16,269 bases of DNA from Chloroflexota bacterium (GTDB taxonomy: Bacteria; Chloroflexota; Dehalococcoidia; Lucifugimonadales; UBA3495). Shown here piece by piece: positions 1 to 10,493 of this stretch; within the stretch, counting starts at the first letter, position 1, and each line of letters begins with the position of its first letter. Under the pieces are notes generated by a model. That model made no database searches. It saw only the letters and a program-made list of their open reading frames with translations, and was not told the origin of the DNA. The stretch covers positions 1 through 16,269 of the forward strand of contig JAQBVF010000040.1 of the NCBI GenBank assembly GCA_027623675.1, written 5' to 3'. The translations under genes and the position numbers were made by a program.

Positions 1-2045
<2,045 letters not shown>

Positions 2046-2046
<1 letters not shown>

Positions 2047-2075
2047 CACGCAAGGAACTTCAAACCTTTGCGTGG
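2046..2075 (-). other. Hairpin in the 23S leader abutting the mature 5' end
   Basis: Inverted repeat CCACGCAAGG...CCTTTGCGTGG. A second hairpin, AACGGCGG...CCGCCGTT, lies at about 2143-2176. Confidence 0.5.
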
Positions 2076-2118
2076 TGATTTCTATAATTACGCAGGACTA
2101 ATTGCAGTTTCTTATTCT

Positions 2119-2132
2119 CTTTTTAAAGTGCC
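2119..2132 (-). promoter_or_regulatory. BoxA-like rRNA antitermination element
   Basis: Minus strand GGCACTTTAAAAAG resembles rRNA boxA (TGCTCTTTAACA/GTTCTTTGAAAA). It sits in the 23S leader just after a hairpin, the usual boxB position. Confidence 0.55.
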
Positions 2133-2252
2133 ACACAAAGGAAACGGCGGCCAAGGGTTTCCCCCGAACCGCCGTTCGAGTTTCCCATTTGATTAACTTA
2201 TTTCAGGTAAGCATCATCATTCAAGCGAGACTCCGTACCCTTGCGAGAAGGT

Positions 2253-2281
2253 ATTATAAGCGTGCCCACGACCGGAGTCAA
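2253..2281 (-). promoter_or_regulatory. sigma70-type promoter driving the 23S rRNA gene
   Basis: Minus strand TTGACT (2281-2276), 17-nt spacer, TATAAT (2258-2253), about 200 nt upstream of the 23S 5' end. Confidence 0.85.
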
Positions 2282-2454
2282 TAGGCTCACGCACCCATTT
2301 TTAGCCTCAGTCGGGCTGTGATTCCGCCGATCTTCGTGTTCAGACCGCGGATCCGCCCGATGTATCCCAAGACCAGGGGCCTGGCCAGGGCGCATCACCT
2401 CCCAGAGATGGTTCATCCTAAGAATGGACTTGCTCATGAATTTATTGAAGATCC

Positions 2455-3312
2455 CTACCGGCCCTTGAACTGCGCCGGCCGCTTCTCCAAGAAAGCCTGC
2501 ACCGCTTCCTTGTGGTCCTCGGTCTTCCGCACCTGCTCCTGGGCCACGTGGGCCAGGTCCAGCGCGTCCTCAAAGTCCAGGGACAGGCTCTTGTGCACCA
2601 GGTATTTAATCAGTGCGTGAGACTGGGTCGCCCCCTTGGCCATCCGAGAAGCCAACTCGAGCGACGCGTCAAACAGTTCATCGTCGGGGAAGACCTTACT
2701 TGCGATACCCAAACGGTAGGCTTCGGCGCCGTCGATGCGGTCGCCGGTGTATTGGAGCAGCAGCGTGTTGCTCATGCCGATCAGCCGGGGCAGTTGCCAG
2801 CAGCTTCCGTCGCCGGGGATCAGGCCCATCCTGGCGAAGGCCTCCGAGAACACTGCCTTCTCGGCGGTGTAGCGAATGTCGCAGGCCAGCGCCACGCCCA
2901 TCCCCACGCCGATGGCGTGCCCGTTGACCGCCGCGATGGACGGCTTCTGGAGCTTGTGGATCCGCAGGGGTATGCGGCTGGCCTGGCCGCCCAGGGAAAC
3001 CTTCTGGCCCCTGCTGGCGTACCGGCTCTCCATCTTGCCCCAGGGCAGGGCCTCGGCTTCAGTATCAGCCTTGCCGGATTCCCGGTCCTGGATGCGCTGG
3101 TTGAAACCGCGCACGTTGGCCCCCGAGCAGAAAGACGGTTCGACGCCGCTGAGCAGCAACACCCTAGCCGACGGATCGTCCTCAAAGAGATCGAGGCACT
3201 CCATGATCTCGTCGGCCATCTGGGGCCCCAGGGCGTTCCTGGTGGGCGGGTCGTTCATGGTCAGGATAAACACCCCTTCCCGGTTCTCGGTTTTGATAAA
3301 TTCGTAGGCCAT
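2455..3312 (-). CDS. Enoyl-CoA hydratase/isomerase (crotonase) family protein, PaaG-like, 285 aa
   Basis: Crotonase motifs FCSGAN, KPSIAAVNGHAIGVG, ALACDIR, GLIPGDG and C-terminal EAVQAFLEKR. Start moved to ATG 3312 (MAYEFIK), which follows an AGGTG SD-like site. Confidence 0.93.
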   Translation of the reverse strand: MAYEFIKTENREGVFILTMNDPPTRNALGPQMADEIMECLDLFEDDPSARVLLLSGVEPSFCSGANVRGFNQRIQDRESGKADTEAEALPWGKMESRYASRGQKVSLGGQASRIPLRIHKLQKPSIAAVNGHAIGVGMGVALACDIRYTAEKAVFSEAFARMGLIPGDGSCWQLPRLIGMSNTLLLQYTGDRIDGAEAYRLGIASKVFPDDELFDASLELASRMAKGATQSHALIKYLVHKSLSLDFEDALDLAHVAQEQVRKTEDHKEAVQAFLEKRPAQFKGR

Positions 3313-3558
3313 TACTCTCACCTGCTTAGTTGATTGGCTAGCGGCTATGGCAAGCACATCACGCTGCTATCCGGAGGCCGGAGGACTGTGGCGCCGGTGT
3401 CATGCAACAGCTATAATCCCTGCTACATGCTAGCCGTGGCTGACACCCCAAACGGGCCTCAGACTAGCATACGCCCGGGCACTAAACAACAATCTAAAAA
3501 CAACCATCGAAATCGTCCGCAATCGTCACGGAGCCGCTGAGGAAGGAGGCACAACGCC

Positions 3559-3987
3559 ATGCAGCAAGGAATAATCACGAACCTGCATATCGCCAGGGTC
3601 AAGGGGACCCCGTCCGACCCCGTTCAAGAGGCGACCGCCATCTCCGGCCTGGGGCTGGAGGGCGACCGCAGCGCCTACGAGGGGAACACGCGCCAGGTGC
3701 TATTCGTGGACAAAGAAACGCTGGACGGCGCTGGTCTCGCGCCCGGCCAGGTGAAAGAAAACATCACCGTCACCGGCATAGATCTATCCCAGGCGAAGGC
3801 CGGCCAGGTATTCGTCATCGGCGACGATGTGACCATGGAGATGGTCGGCGAATGCGAAGCCTGCGGCAAGATGGACGCCATTCGGCTGGGACTAAAGGAC
3901 CAGTTGGACGGCAAACGCGGCATGCTGGCCATGGTCAAGAACGGCGGCAACATCAAGGTCGGGGACTCGGTACGGGTCAAGTCGTAA
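3559..3987 (+). CDS. MOSC domain-containing protein (YiiM-like), 142 aa
   Basis: Motifs GLGLEGDR, RQV, ENITVTG, CEAC (CxxC) and RG...GGNIKVGD. Strong GGAAGGAGG SD upstream. Confidence 0.9.
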   Translation: MQQGIITNLHIARVKGTPSDPVQEATAISGLGLEGDRSAYEGNTRQVLFVDKETLDGAGLAPGQVKENITVTGIDLSQAKAGQVFVIGDDVTMEMVGECEACGKMDAIRLGLKDQLDGKRGMLAMVKNGGNIKVGDSVRVKS

Positions 3988-4010
3988 GCTAGAGCCACCA
4001 GTACCAGATG

Positions 4011-4044
4011 AAAAAGCCCCGGAGATTACTCCGGGGCTTTTTTT
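4011..4044. terminator. Bidirectional Rho-independent terminator
   Basis: AAAAAGCCCCGGAG-ATTA-CTCCGGGGCTTTTTTT is a perfect stem with A and T tracts, between the convergent MOSC and MmgE/PrpD genes. Confidence 0.9.
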
Positions 4045-4067
4045 GCGATCCGCCGATTACGGTTTAC

Positions 4068-4217
4068 GGCCGGCGTCCCGAAAGACCCAACATCCGGTCT
4101 TGGAAACTGGCCGTGTCAGTCACCACGACCGCCGGCCCGAAAGCGCCAGACTCTCGGCCTGAAGCCGCAATACGCGATCAAGGACCAACGGCCCAAAGTC
4201 TACTCGGGACGTTGGCT
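4068..4217 (+). other. Candidate structured element (ncRNA or MITE-like) with long closing stem
   Basis: GCCGGCGTCCCGA (4069-4081) pairs with TCGGGACGTTGGC (4204-4216), with two G-U pairs on the + strand. Further nested pairings are AGAC/GTCT, CCG/CGG and GTCTTG/CAAGGAC. Confidence 0.35.
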
Positions 4218-4232
4218 TCTCCTTAAGCGAGA

Positions 4233-5603
4233 CTAGGCTTTCCCGGCCACCAGGGTGCTGCGGATGGCGGCGGCGATGTCGGTCATCTCCGGGATGTTCT
4301 CCCAGGTGTCGATGGCCTTGGCCGTCCCGTCAGCGGAGAGCACGCGGGAGACGTTGTCTTGGAACTTCTCTTTGATGGCGTCGAAGCCCCAGGGGTTCTT
4401 CTGGCTGCCCAGGATGTCGGCCCTGGCGGTGACGTGCTCGAAGACCCGGCCATCTTTCAGGGTTATCTTGACCTTGAGGCCGTCGGCCGACTCAGTCAGC
4501 AGCTCCTCGGACTTGGCCATGACCCGGGTCCGCACCTTGCCCATGGTCTCGTTGATCGTGCCATCCTCAATCTTTTCGCCGGTGAAGGTGTCGATGCCAA
4601 CCGCGCCGTCAACCAGGGCCGCGGCCACGTTGTACTTGGCGCTGAACTTGCCCTTCAACTCGTCGTCCGGCTCCTGGTAGAGCATGACCACCGAGAAGTA
4701 GGACTGGTCGATCTCGGCGTCGGCAACATCTTCATATGTGAAGTCGTTGTCCCGCATCAGGCTGAACAGGCTGTCCAGCATGGCGTGGTTGCCGCCGCAG
4801 CAGGGATATTTCTTGATCATCAGCGCGTCCTGGGTGCGGAAGGGCTTGCCCATGTTGTCGGCCATGTGGTCAAGGTTATAGATGCCCTCTCCCAGCACAA
4901 CGTTGGTAAAGCCAAATGGATGCTCGATAACCTGGTCGCCGGCGGTCATTCCCATCTGGGCTAACTGCGCGGCGGTGACGCCGTCCCGACCAACCAGGCC
5001 GGCATGCAGCGGCTTGGTCATCGTGCCGAAGTTGTGGATCAGGCCGGAAGACATGGAGCCCGCCATGCCCAGGGCCATGATTGTTTGGTGCTCGTCAAGT
5101 TTCAGCAGCTTGGCGCAGGCGGCGGTGCAGGCCAGCCGGCCGATGACGGCGGTACTGTGAAAGCCCTTGTCCATCTGCTTATACTTTGTCTCGTGCTGCA
5201 GCGCCAAGCCGATCTCGCAGCCCACCACGTACGCCTCAAGCAGATCCCTCCCGGTGGCGCCGGTGTGCTCGCCGATGGCCAGCAGGGCGGGAAAGATGGC
5301 GACGGTGGGGTGACCGAAGCCGCCAAAGTCGTCGAAGTCCAGGGCATGGCCCATGGTCCCGTTGGCCAGCGCAGCGTTGGCCTGGGTGCTCTGGAACCCG
5401 CCGGCCAGGATCGTGGACTCGGGGGCCGCGCCCTGGCTGCTGGTATACTTTTGTATGATTTCTCCCACGGGTTGGGTCGAGCCTGCCAGGATGACCCCTA
5501 AGAGGTCAAAGCAGGACTCGTTGGCCACGCGGATGGCGTCGGGCGGAATATCCTCGTAACTGGTGTTGATGATCCATTTGGCGATGGTTTCGGTTGCGCC
5601 CAT
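4233..5603 (-). CDS. MmgE/PrpD family protein, 456 aa
   Basis: Motifs AALANGTMGHALDFDD, GHPT, KGFHST, GTMTKPLHAG, KKYPCC and KFSAKY. Start at ATG 5603 (MGATETIAK), which follows AAGGAGG. Confidence 0.93.
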   Translation of the reverse strand: MGATETIAKWIINTSYEDIPPDAIRVANESCFDLLGVILAGSTQPVGEIIQKYTSSQGAAPESTILAGGFQSTQANAALANGTMGHALDFDDFGGFGHPTVAIFPALLAIGEHTGATGRDLLEAYVVGCEIGLALQHETKYKQMDKGFHSTAVIGRLACTAACAKLLKLDEHQTIMALGMAGSMSSGLIHNFGTMTKPLHAGLVGRDGVTAAQLAQMGMTAGDQVIEHPFGFTNVVLGEGIYNLDHMADNMGKPFRTQDALMIKKYPCCGGNHAMLDSLFSLMRDNDFTYEDVADAEIDQSYFSVVMLYQEPDDELKGKFSAKYNVAAALVDGAVGIDTFTGEKIEDGTINETMGKVRTRVMAKSEELLTESADGLKVKITLKDGRVFEHVTARADILGSQKNPWGFDAIKEKFQDNVSRVLSADGTAKAIDTWENIPEMTDIAAAIRSTLVAGKA

Positions 5604-5682
5604 TTGCTGCCTCCTTAATATCGCTTTTACTGAATCCACAATGAGGGAATCCTGGAGGGAATCCGGCTCCAATTTTGCGCCC

Positions 5683-5710
5683 ATTATATACCGGGTAGCG
5701 GCGCAATCAA
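5683..5710 (-). promoter_or_regulatory. Putative sigma70 promoter for the MmgE/PrpD gene
   Basis: Minus strand TTGATT (5710-5705), 16-nt spacer, TATAAT (5688-5683). It is overlapped by a 9-bp inverted repeat (5694-5702/5714-5722). Confidence 0.55.
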
Positions 5711-5772
5711 GGGGCCGCTACCAGCGCCCAGATCGCTTGCAACTCCTATGATTACCGGGTGGACCCACAAGC

Positions 5773-6639
5773 ATGAATCCCCGTTATCCCAGACTGCATA
5801 AACCGGCAGCGCTGCTTCCCGCGATGCTCCTGACGTTGGCCGTTCTCCTGGCCTGTGGCGGTGGTCTGAGTGAGGCCGATAAGCATTACGCCGCCGGGGA
5901 AGCCCTCGCCGCCGCGGGCGAGTTCCAAAGGTCGCTTGAGGAATTTGACCAGGCCATCCAACTGGACCCACGGAACCCCGACGCCTACATCGCCCGGGGC
6001 AATAACTATGACCGCTTCGGCGCCTACGCCAGGGCCATACAAGACTATGACCAAGCCATCGCCTTGGAACCGGATGACCCCAACATCTATTTTGACCGGG
6101 CCGTAAGCTACAGCAACCTGCGGGAGTATCAACTGGCGGTTGATGACTACGGCCGCGCAATCGAGTTGAGCCCGGATTTTGCCGGAGCCTACATCAACCG
6201 GGGAATCATTTACCGCGACCTGGGCTATTTTGAGGACGCCATCGCCGACTTCGGGCAGGCGGTCCGCATCAACCCAAACGACGCCGCTTCCTATTTTGAC
6301 CGCGCCTATAGCCAGGCCGCCGTGAACCTCCCGGAGTTGGCCGCCGAGAACTATACCCAGGCCATCCGGATCAATCCTGGGTTCGCTGACGCCTATTCGA
6401 ACCGTGGATTGATCTACATCAACCTTGGCGACAATGTGAGGGCCATCGCCGACCTCAACGAAGCCATCCGCCTCAACCCCGAACTTGCCCCGGCCTACGT
6501 GAACCGCGCCTGGGCCAACGCAACATTGGGAAGAGAGAAAGAAACTCTGGAAGATATAAAGCGGGCCGAAGAGTTAGGGGTTGAGCAAGAGGTCATAGAC
6601 CGGATCCAAGAGGTACTCAAAAAAGCCCTGGAATCGTAA
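5773..6639 (+). CDS. TPR-repeat lipoprotein (about 7 TPRs), 288 aa
   Basis: Basic N-terminus, hydrophobic stretch and lipobox LLAC, followed by 34-aa repeats of the type AYxNRG...G...AIxDF..AIxLxP. Confidence 0.9.
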   Translation: MNPRYPRLHKPAALLPAMLLTLAVLLACGGGLSEADKHYAAGEALAAAGEFQRSLEEFDQAIQLDPRNPDAYIARGNNYDRFGAYARAIQDYDQAIALEPDDPNIYFDRAVSYSNLREYQLAVDDYGRAIELSPDFAGAYINRGIIYRDLGYFEDAIADFGQAVRINPNDAASYFDRAYSQAAVNLPELAAENYTQAIRINPGFADAYSNRGLIYINLGDNVRAIADLNEAIRLNPELAPAYVNRAWANATLGREKETLEDIKRAEELGVEQEVIDRIQEVLKKALES

Positions 6640-6729
6640 CGCCAAACGGGTCGCCGGACAGTAGGCATTCGAGAGGCTGATCCACTGGTGACGCCGTTGC
6701 GGAAGTGCCTCTTGAGACGGTGCGCCACA

Positions 6730-6758
6730 TTGACACTCGATATTGGTTGTCCTACGCT
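6730..6758 (+). promoter_or_regulatory. sigma70 promoter of the TA operon, probably giving a leaderless mRNA
   Basis: TTGACA (6730-6735), 17-nt spacer, TACGCT (6753-6758). The ATG at 6765 is 7 nt after the -10 and has no SD. Confidence 0.65.
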
Positions 6759-6764
6759 TTCACT

Positions 6765-6992
6765 ATGAAATACGAACACTTGATTACGATTGAGCCGGAC
6801 AAACGGGGCGGAAAACCCTGCATCCGTGGCATGCGTATCACGGTGTATGACATACTTGAGTATCTAGCATCTGGCATGTCTAATGAGGAGATTCTTCGCG
6901 ATTTCCCTGACCTGACGCAAGAGGATGTCCTCGCCTGTTTGGCGTTCGCCGCCGACCGGGAACGACGATTCGTTTCCATTCCTCCGGCATGA
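6765..6992 (+). CDS. DUF433 antitoxin (VapB45-like), 75 aa
   Basis: ITIEPDKRGGKPCIRGMRITVYDILEYLASGMSNEEILRDFPDLTQEDVLACLAFAA is the typical DUF433 pattern. Confidence 0.93.
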   Translation: MKYEHLITIEPDKRGGKPCIRGMRITVYDILEYLASGMSNEEILRDFPDLTQEDVLACLAFAADRERRFVSIPPA

Positions 6993-7321
6993 GGCTGCTT
7001 TTCGATCAGAATCTTTCTCCTCTGTTGATTGGCCTCCTGTCCGATCTGTTTCCAGGCTCCATCCACGTGCGAGACGTAGGTTTACAAACCTCCGGCGATA
7101 CTGCGATCTGGGATTACGCCATTCGAGAGCAGGTTGCAATCATCTCCAAAGATTCCGACTTTCGCCAGCGCAGTTTTCTCCTCGGAAGCCCCCCGAAAGT
7201 TGTCTGGATCAGACGGGGCAACTGCTCAACCAATGATGTAGAGGCAATCATTCGTGCGCATCACGGCGACCTACTCGCCTTTGACCAAGCTGAGACAGCC
7301 ACGTTCTTAGCGCTGGAATAG
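6989..7321 (+). CDS. DUF5615 PIN-like toxin (VapC45/Mut7-C-like), 110 aa
   Basis: Motifs MRLLFDQNLS, D..IWDYA, IISKDSDF and PPKVVWIRRGNCST. ATGA overlap with the antitoxin stop codon. Confidence 0.92.
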   Translation: MRLLFDQNLSPLLIGLLSDLFPGSIHVRDVGLQTSGDTAIWDYAIREQVAIISKDSDFRQRSFLLGSPPKVVWIRRGNCSTNDVEAIIRAHHGDLLAFDQAETATFLALE

Positions 7322-7402
7322 GTCACCGGTTCCGCCACAGCTACTAACCCTCCCATTCCGTAAAATATCGCCCCCATAAAAGTCACCGGAGAGAACCGGC
7401 AC

Positions 7403-8551
7403 ATGCCCTCCACAACAGCCGAGGCGGTAATCATCGGTGGCGGGGTGATGGGCTGCTCCATCGCCTGGCATCTGGCCGCCAAGGGCATGACGGATGTGGT
7501 ACTGCTTGAGCGCGATGTCCTGGGCTCCGGCTCCACCGGCCGGTCCACCGCCACCGTCGACTCCCACCATTCCTCCGAGACGCTGGTCCGCATGGCATCG
7601 CATAGCCTCCAAGTATTCCGCAGCTTCAAAGACGCAGTCGGCGGCGAGTGCGGCTTTACTGAAACCGGCCATCTGGTGTTTGCTGGAATAGATGACTACG
7701 CCCGAACCAGCGCCACGGTGGCTCTTCAACGGAAGGCCGGCGTTAAGGCCCGTATGATCACCCGCCAAGAGGTCGCCAACAACTTCCCCGGTTTGCACCT
7801 GGACGACTGTGCCGCCATCTCCTACGAGCCCGCGGCCGGCCACGCCGACGCCTCCGGGACCGCCTTGTCCTATGCCACCCGCGCCCGCCGATCCGGCGTC
7901 AAGACATTGCTGCGATCACCGGCTACCGGGTTGGAGTTCGCGGGGGGCAGGGTTACGGCAGTCGTCACCGAGAACGGCCCCATCAGCTCCGGCCGGGTCA
8001 TTGTCGCCGCTGGACCGTGGTGCCGCGGCTTTCTGTCGCCATACGGGATCGACCTGCCGCTGACGGTTACGCGCCATCAGGTGGCCGCCTTTAGAGTGCC
8101 CGACACCAGCCCACCGATACCTGCCGGGGCGCATGACCTGATCAATCAGATATACCTCCGGCCCGAAGGCTCGGGCCTAGTCCTGGCCGGTGATGAAGGC
8201 GCCGAAGAATTTAGTGAACTAGCTGACCCGGAGATGTATGCCCACCGGCCCACGCCGGGTTTCATCGGATCGGTCTGGACCCGGCTGGCCCGGCGTATCC
8301 CCGAAATGGCCCAGGCCGAATACGCCACCGGATTCGCCGGATTGTATACGTCCACTCCAGACCGTCTTCCAATCATGGGCCAGGTCAACGGCATCGATGG
8401 ACTTTACGTCTGCGGAGGGTTCAGTGGTCACGGCTTCAAGCTAGCACCGGCAGTTGGACTGGTCATGGCCGAGATGGCGATTGATGGCCGTGCTTCATCC
8501 TTCGACGTATCACCATTGAGCCTGTCCCGGTTTGATTACCCCAAGAATTAA
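7403..8551 (+). CDS. FAD-dependent oxidoreductase, DAO/sarcosine oxidase beta-like, 382 aa
   Basis: Rossmann motif VIIGGGVMG, plus GSGSTGRS, VIVAAGPW, YTSTPDRLPI and GFSGHGFKLAP. Confidence 0.92.
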   Translation: MPSTTAEAVIIGGGVMGCSIAWHLAAKGMTDVVLLERDVLGSGSTGRSTATVDSHHSSETLVRMASHSLQVFRSFKDAVGGECGFTETGHLVFAGIDDYARTSATVALQRKAGVKARMITRQEVANNFPGLHLDDCAAISYEPAAGHADASGTALSYATRARRSGVKTLLRSPATGLEFAGGRVTAVVTENGPISSGRVIVAAGPWCRGFLSPYGIDLPLTVTRHQVAAFRVPDTSPPIPAGAHDLINQIYLRPEGSGLVLAGDEGAEEFSELADPEMYAHRPTPGFIGSVWTRLARRIPEMAQAEYATGFAGLYTSTPDRLPIMGQVNGIDGLYVCGGFSGHGFKLAPAVGLVMAEMAIDGRASSFDVSPLSLSRFDYPKN

Positions 8552-8609
8552 AAACCCCACGGGTGGTATATCTCCTGGCGGTATATCTATCGTGGTTGTT
8601 TAGACATGG

Positions 8610-9866
8610 ATGTTTAGCATGCAGGTCTCGATCAAACGGCTCCTAACCGTGGCGGCAGCGGCATCTCTCCTTGGCCTTGCCGCCTGCTTGGGTCTGAGTG
8701 AGGCTGACGAACGCTACAACGCCGGCGTGGAATCGCTGTCCGAGCAGCGGTTCAATGACGCCATAGCCCAATTCGACCTGGCGATCTCTCTGGAACCATC
8801 GTCCGCCGCCTTCCACAACCGGGCGCTGGCCAAGGAGCGGGCCGGCAACCTCACCGGCGCGGTAGATGACTACACCAGGTCCATCGAACTCGGCCCAGAC
8901 CTGGCGATCACCTACGCCAACCGGGCCGGCGTCTACAACCAATTGGGCGACTTCCAGAGCGCCCTGGAAGACCTGCGCCAGTCCCTGAGCTTGGACAACG
9001 ATTCGGTGGCCGCTCACACCCAGCTCGGCCTGGCCTTGGTGAATCTGGATAGGCCGGAAGAAGCCCTGGGCAGCCTGGACCGGGCCATCGACCTGGACTC
9101 CAGCTACGCCTTCGCCTACAGCATCCGTGCCTTGGCCCATCTATCCCTGGGAGCGCCGGAATCGGCCATCGCCGATCTGGACCGGACCATCCAGACGGAC
9201 CCCGAAAACGCATCGCTCTACCTGAACCGTGGGGTGGCTCAAGAGGCTGCGCGAAACCTTGAGTCGGCGGTGGCGGATTACAGCCAGGCCATCTTGATCA
9301 ACCCCACGTACCTGACCGCCTACGTCAAACGCGGTTCGGCCTACGATGATCTGGGGCGGTTCGATGATGCCGTCTCCGATTACAACGCGGCCCTTTACCT
9401 GGCGCCCGACTCGCCCGTGATATACACCAACCGGGGCGCCAGTTATCACGCCCAAGGTCAATCGACAAAGGCATTGGCCGACTTTAACGCCGCAATCTCC
9501 CTGGACCCCGATTCAGCCCTGGCCTGGTACAACCGTGGTATCGCCAACGAGGACCTGGGCAGGCTGGAGGAAGCGGTCGGCGACTACGGCCGGGTCATGG
9601 CCATATCCCCCGGCAATATCGACGCTTTGATTAACCGCGCCCTGGTCTATTCCACGCTGGAAAGGTACCGCAGCAGCATCACCGACATGGACCGCGCCGT
9701 CGAGATCGACCCCACCTACGCCAAGGCCTATCTGATCCGCGCCAGAGCGTATGCCAGACTGGGGCTGGAAACCCTGTCTCAGGCGGACATAGACCGCGCC
9801 GTGGACCTGGGTGTCGACCGTGCCCAAGCGGTACTGAGCATCGCCAGGCCAGCCCCTTCCCCCTAG
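8610..9866 (+). CDS. TPR-repeat lipoprotein (about 11 TPRs); alternative start at 8619
   Basis: Signal peptide KR + hydrophobic stretch + lipobox LAAC, followed by regular 34-aa TPRs. Confidence 0.9.
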   Translation: MFSMQVSIKRLLTVAAAASLLGLAACLGLSEADERYNAGVESLSEQRFNDAIAQFDLAISLEPSSAAFHNRALAKERAGNLTGAVDDYTRSIELGPDLAITYANRAGVYNQLGDFQSALEDLRQSLSLDNDSVAAHTQLGLALVNLDRPEEALGSLDRAIDLDSSYAFAYSIRALAHLSLGAPESAIADLDRTIQTDPENASLYLNRGVAQEAARNLESAVADYSQAILINPTYLTAYVKRGSAYDDLGRFDDAVSDYNAALYLAPDSPVIYTNRGASYHAQGQSTKALADFNAAISLDPDSALAWYNRGIANEDLGRLEEAVGDYGRVMAISPGNIDALINRALVYSTLERYRSSITDMDRAVEIDPTYAKAYLIRARAYARLGLETLSQADIDRAVDLGVDRAQAVLSIARPAPSP

Positions 9867-9998
9867 GCGTATAATCCCGGTTATACTGCCAGGTGCTGGC
9901 GCCGCTCCCAGGAACTTTCCCGGTGATTTTCCGGTAACTTTCCAGGGGCTTTCCCAGTAGCGTGCGGACGCCGCACCGGCCCGGGGGTCGATTCAAAG

Positions 9999-10424
9999 AT
10001 GCCACTTCGTTTCCTCATCATCGTTCCCCGCGTCTTAGGGCCGTTGTATGGCGGTCTGAAGAATCTGTCCAGCGGCTTCTACTACAACTGGGGCATGACC
10101 TACGCCCGTTGGGGCCAGCCGGCCAAAGCCATGTGGTATCTCAACCGGGCGGCCAAACTGAACGCCGGAAACGCCCAGATATTCTACCAACGCGGCCTGT
10201 TGTTCATCGCCATGGGCCAGACCCGAGAGGCCATTAGTGACTTCAGCGCCGCCATCAACTCCAACACCCATTACATGGAAGCCTATCTGAACCGCAGCCT
10301 GCTCTACACCCTGCAGGGGAGGCACGAAGAAGCCAGCAGAGACGTTGACAGCGCCGTGGCCCTTGGCGCCAACCGCCCCAGAGCAGAGAACCAGATCGCG
10401 GAGTTGCGAAATGACTCCGCTTAA
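9999..10424 (+). CDS. Short TPR protein (about 3 TPRs), 141 aa
   Basis: TPR motifs FYYNWG, IFYQRG and AYLNRS. Confidence 0.82.
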   Translation: MPLRFLIIVPRVLGPLYGGLKNLSSGFYYNWGMTYARWGQPAKAMWYLNRAAKLNAGNAQIFYQRGLLFIAMGQTREAISDFSAAINSNTHYMEAYLNRSLLYTLQGRHEEASRDVDSAVALGANRPRAENQIAELRNDSA

Positions 10425-10493
10425 CCCCGGCAAAAAAGACGGGCCGAAAACCCAGCAAAAACACGGGCGAGAAACCGGGCGGAGAGCCGGACG

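Noticed and set aside
2047..2454. 16S rRNA or spacer tRNA upstream of 23S; ORFs 2102-2284 and 2198-2437
   Set aside because: No tRNA cloverleaf/TTCGA arm in proper context and no 16S anti-SD end is seen. The ORFs overlap the rRNA leader and promoter and have no recognisable motif.
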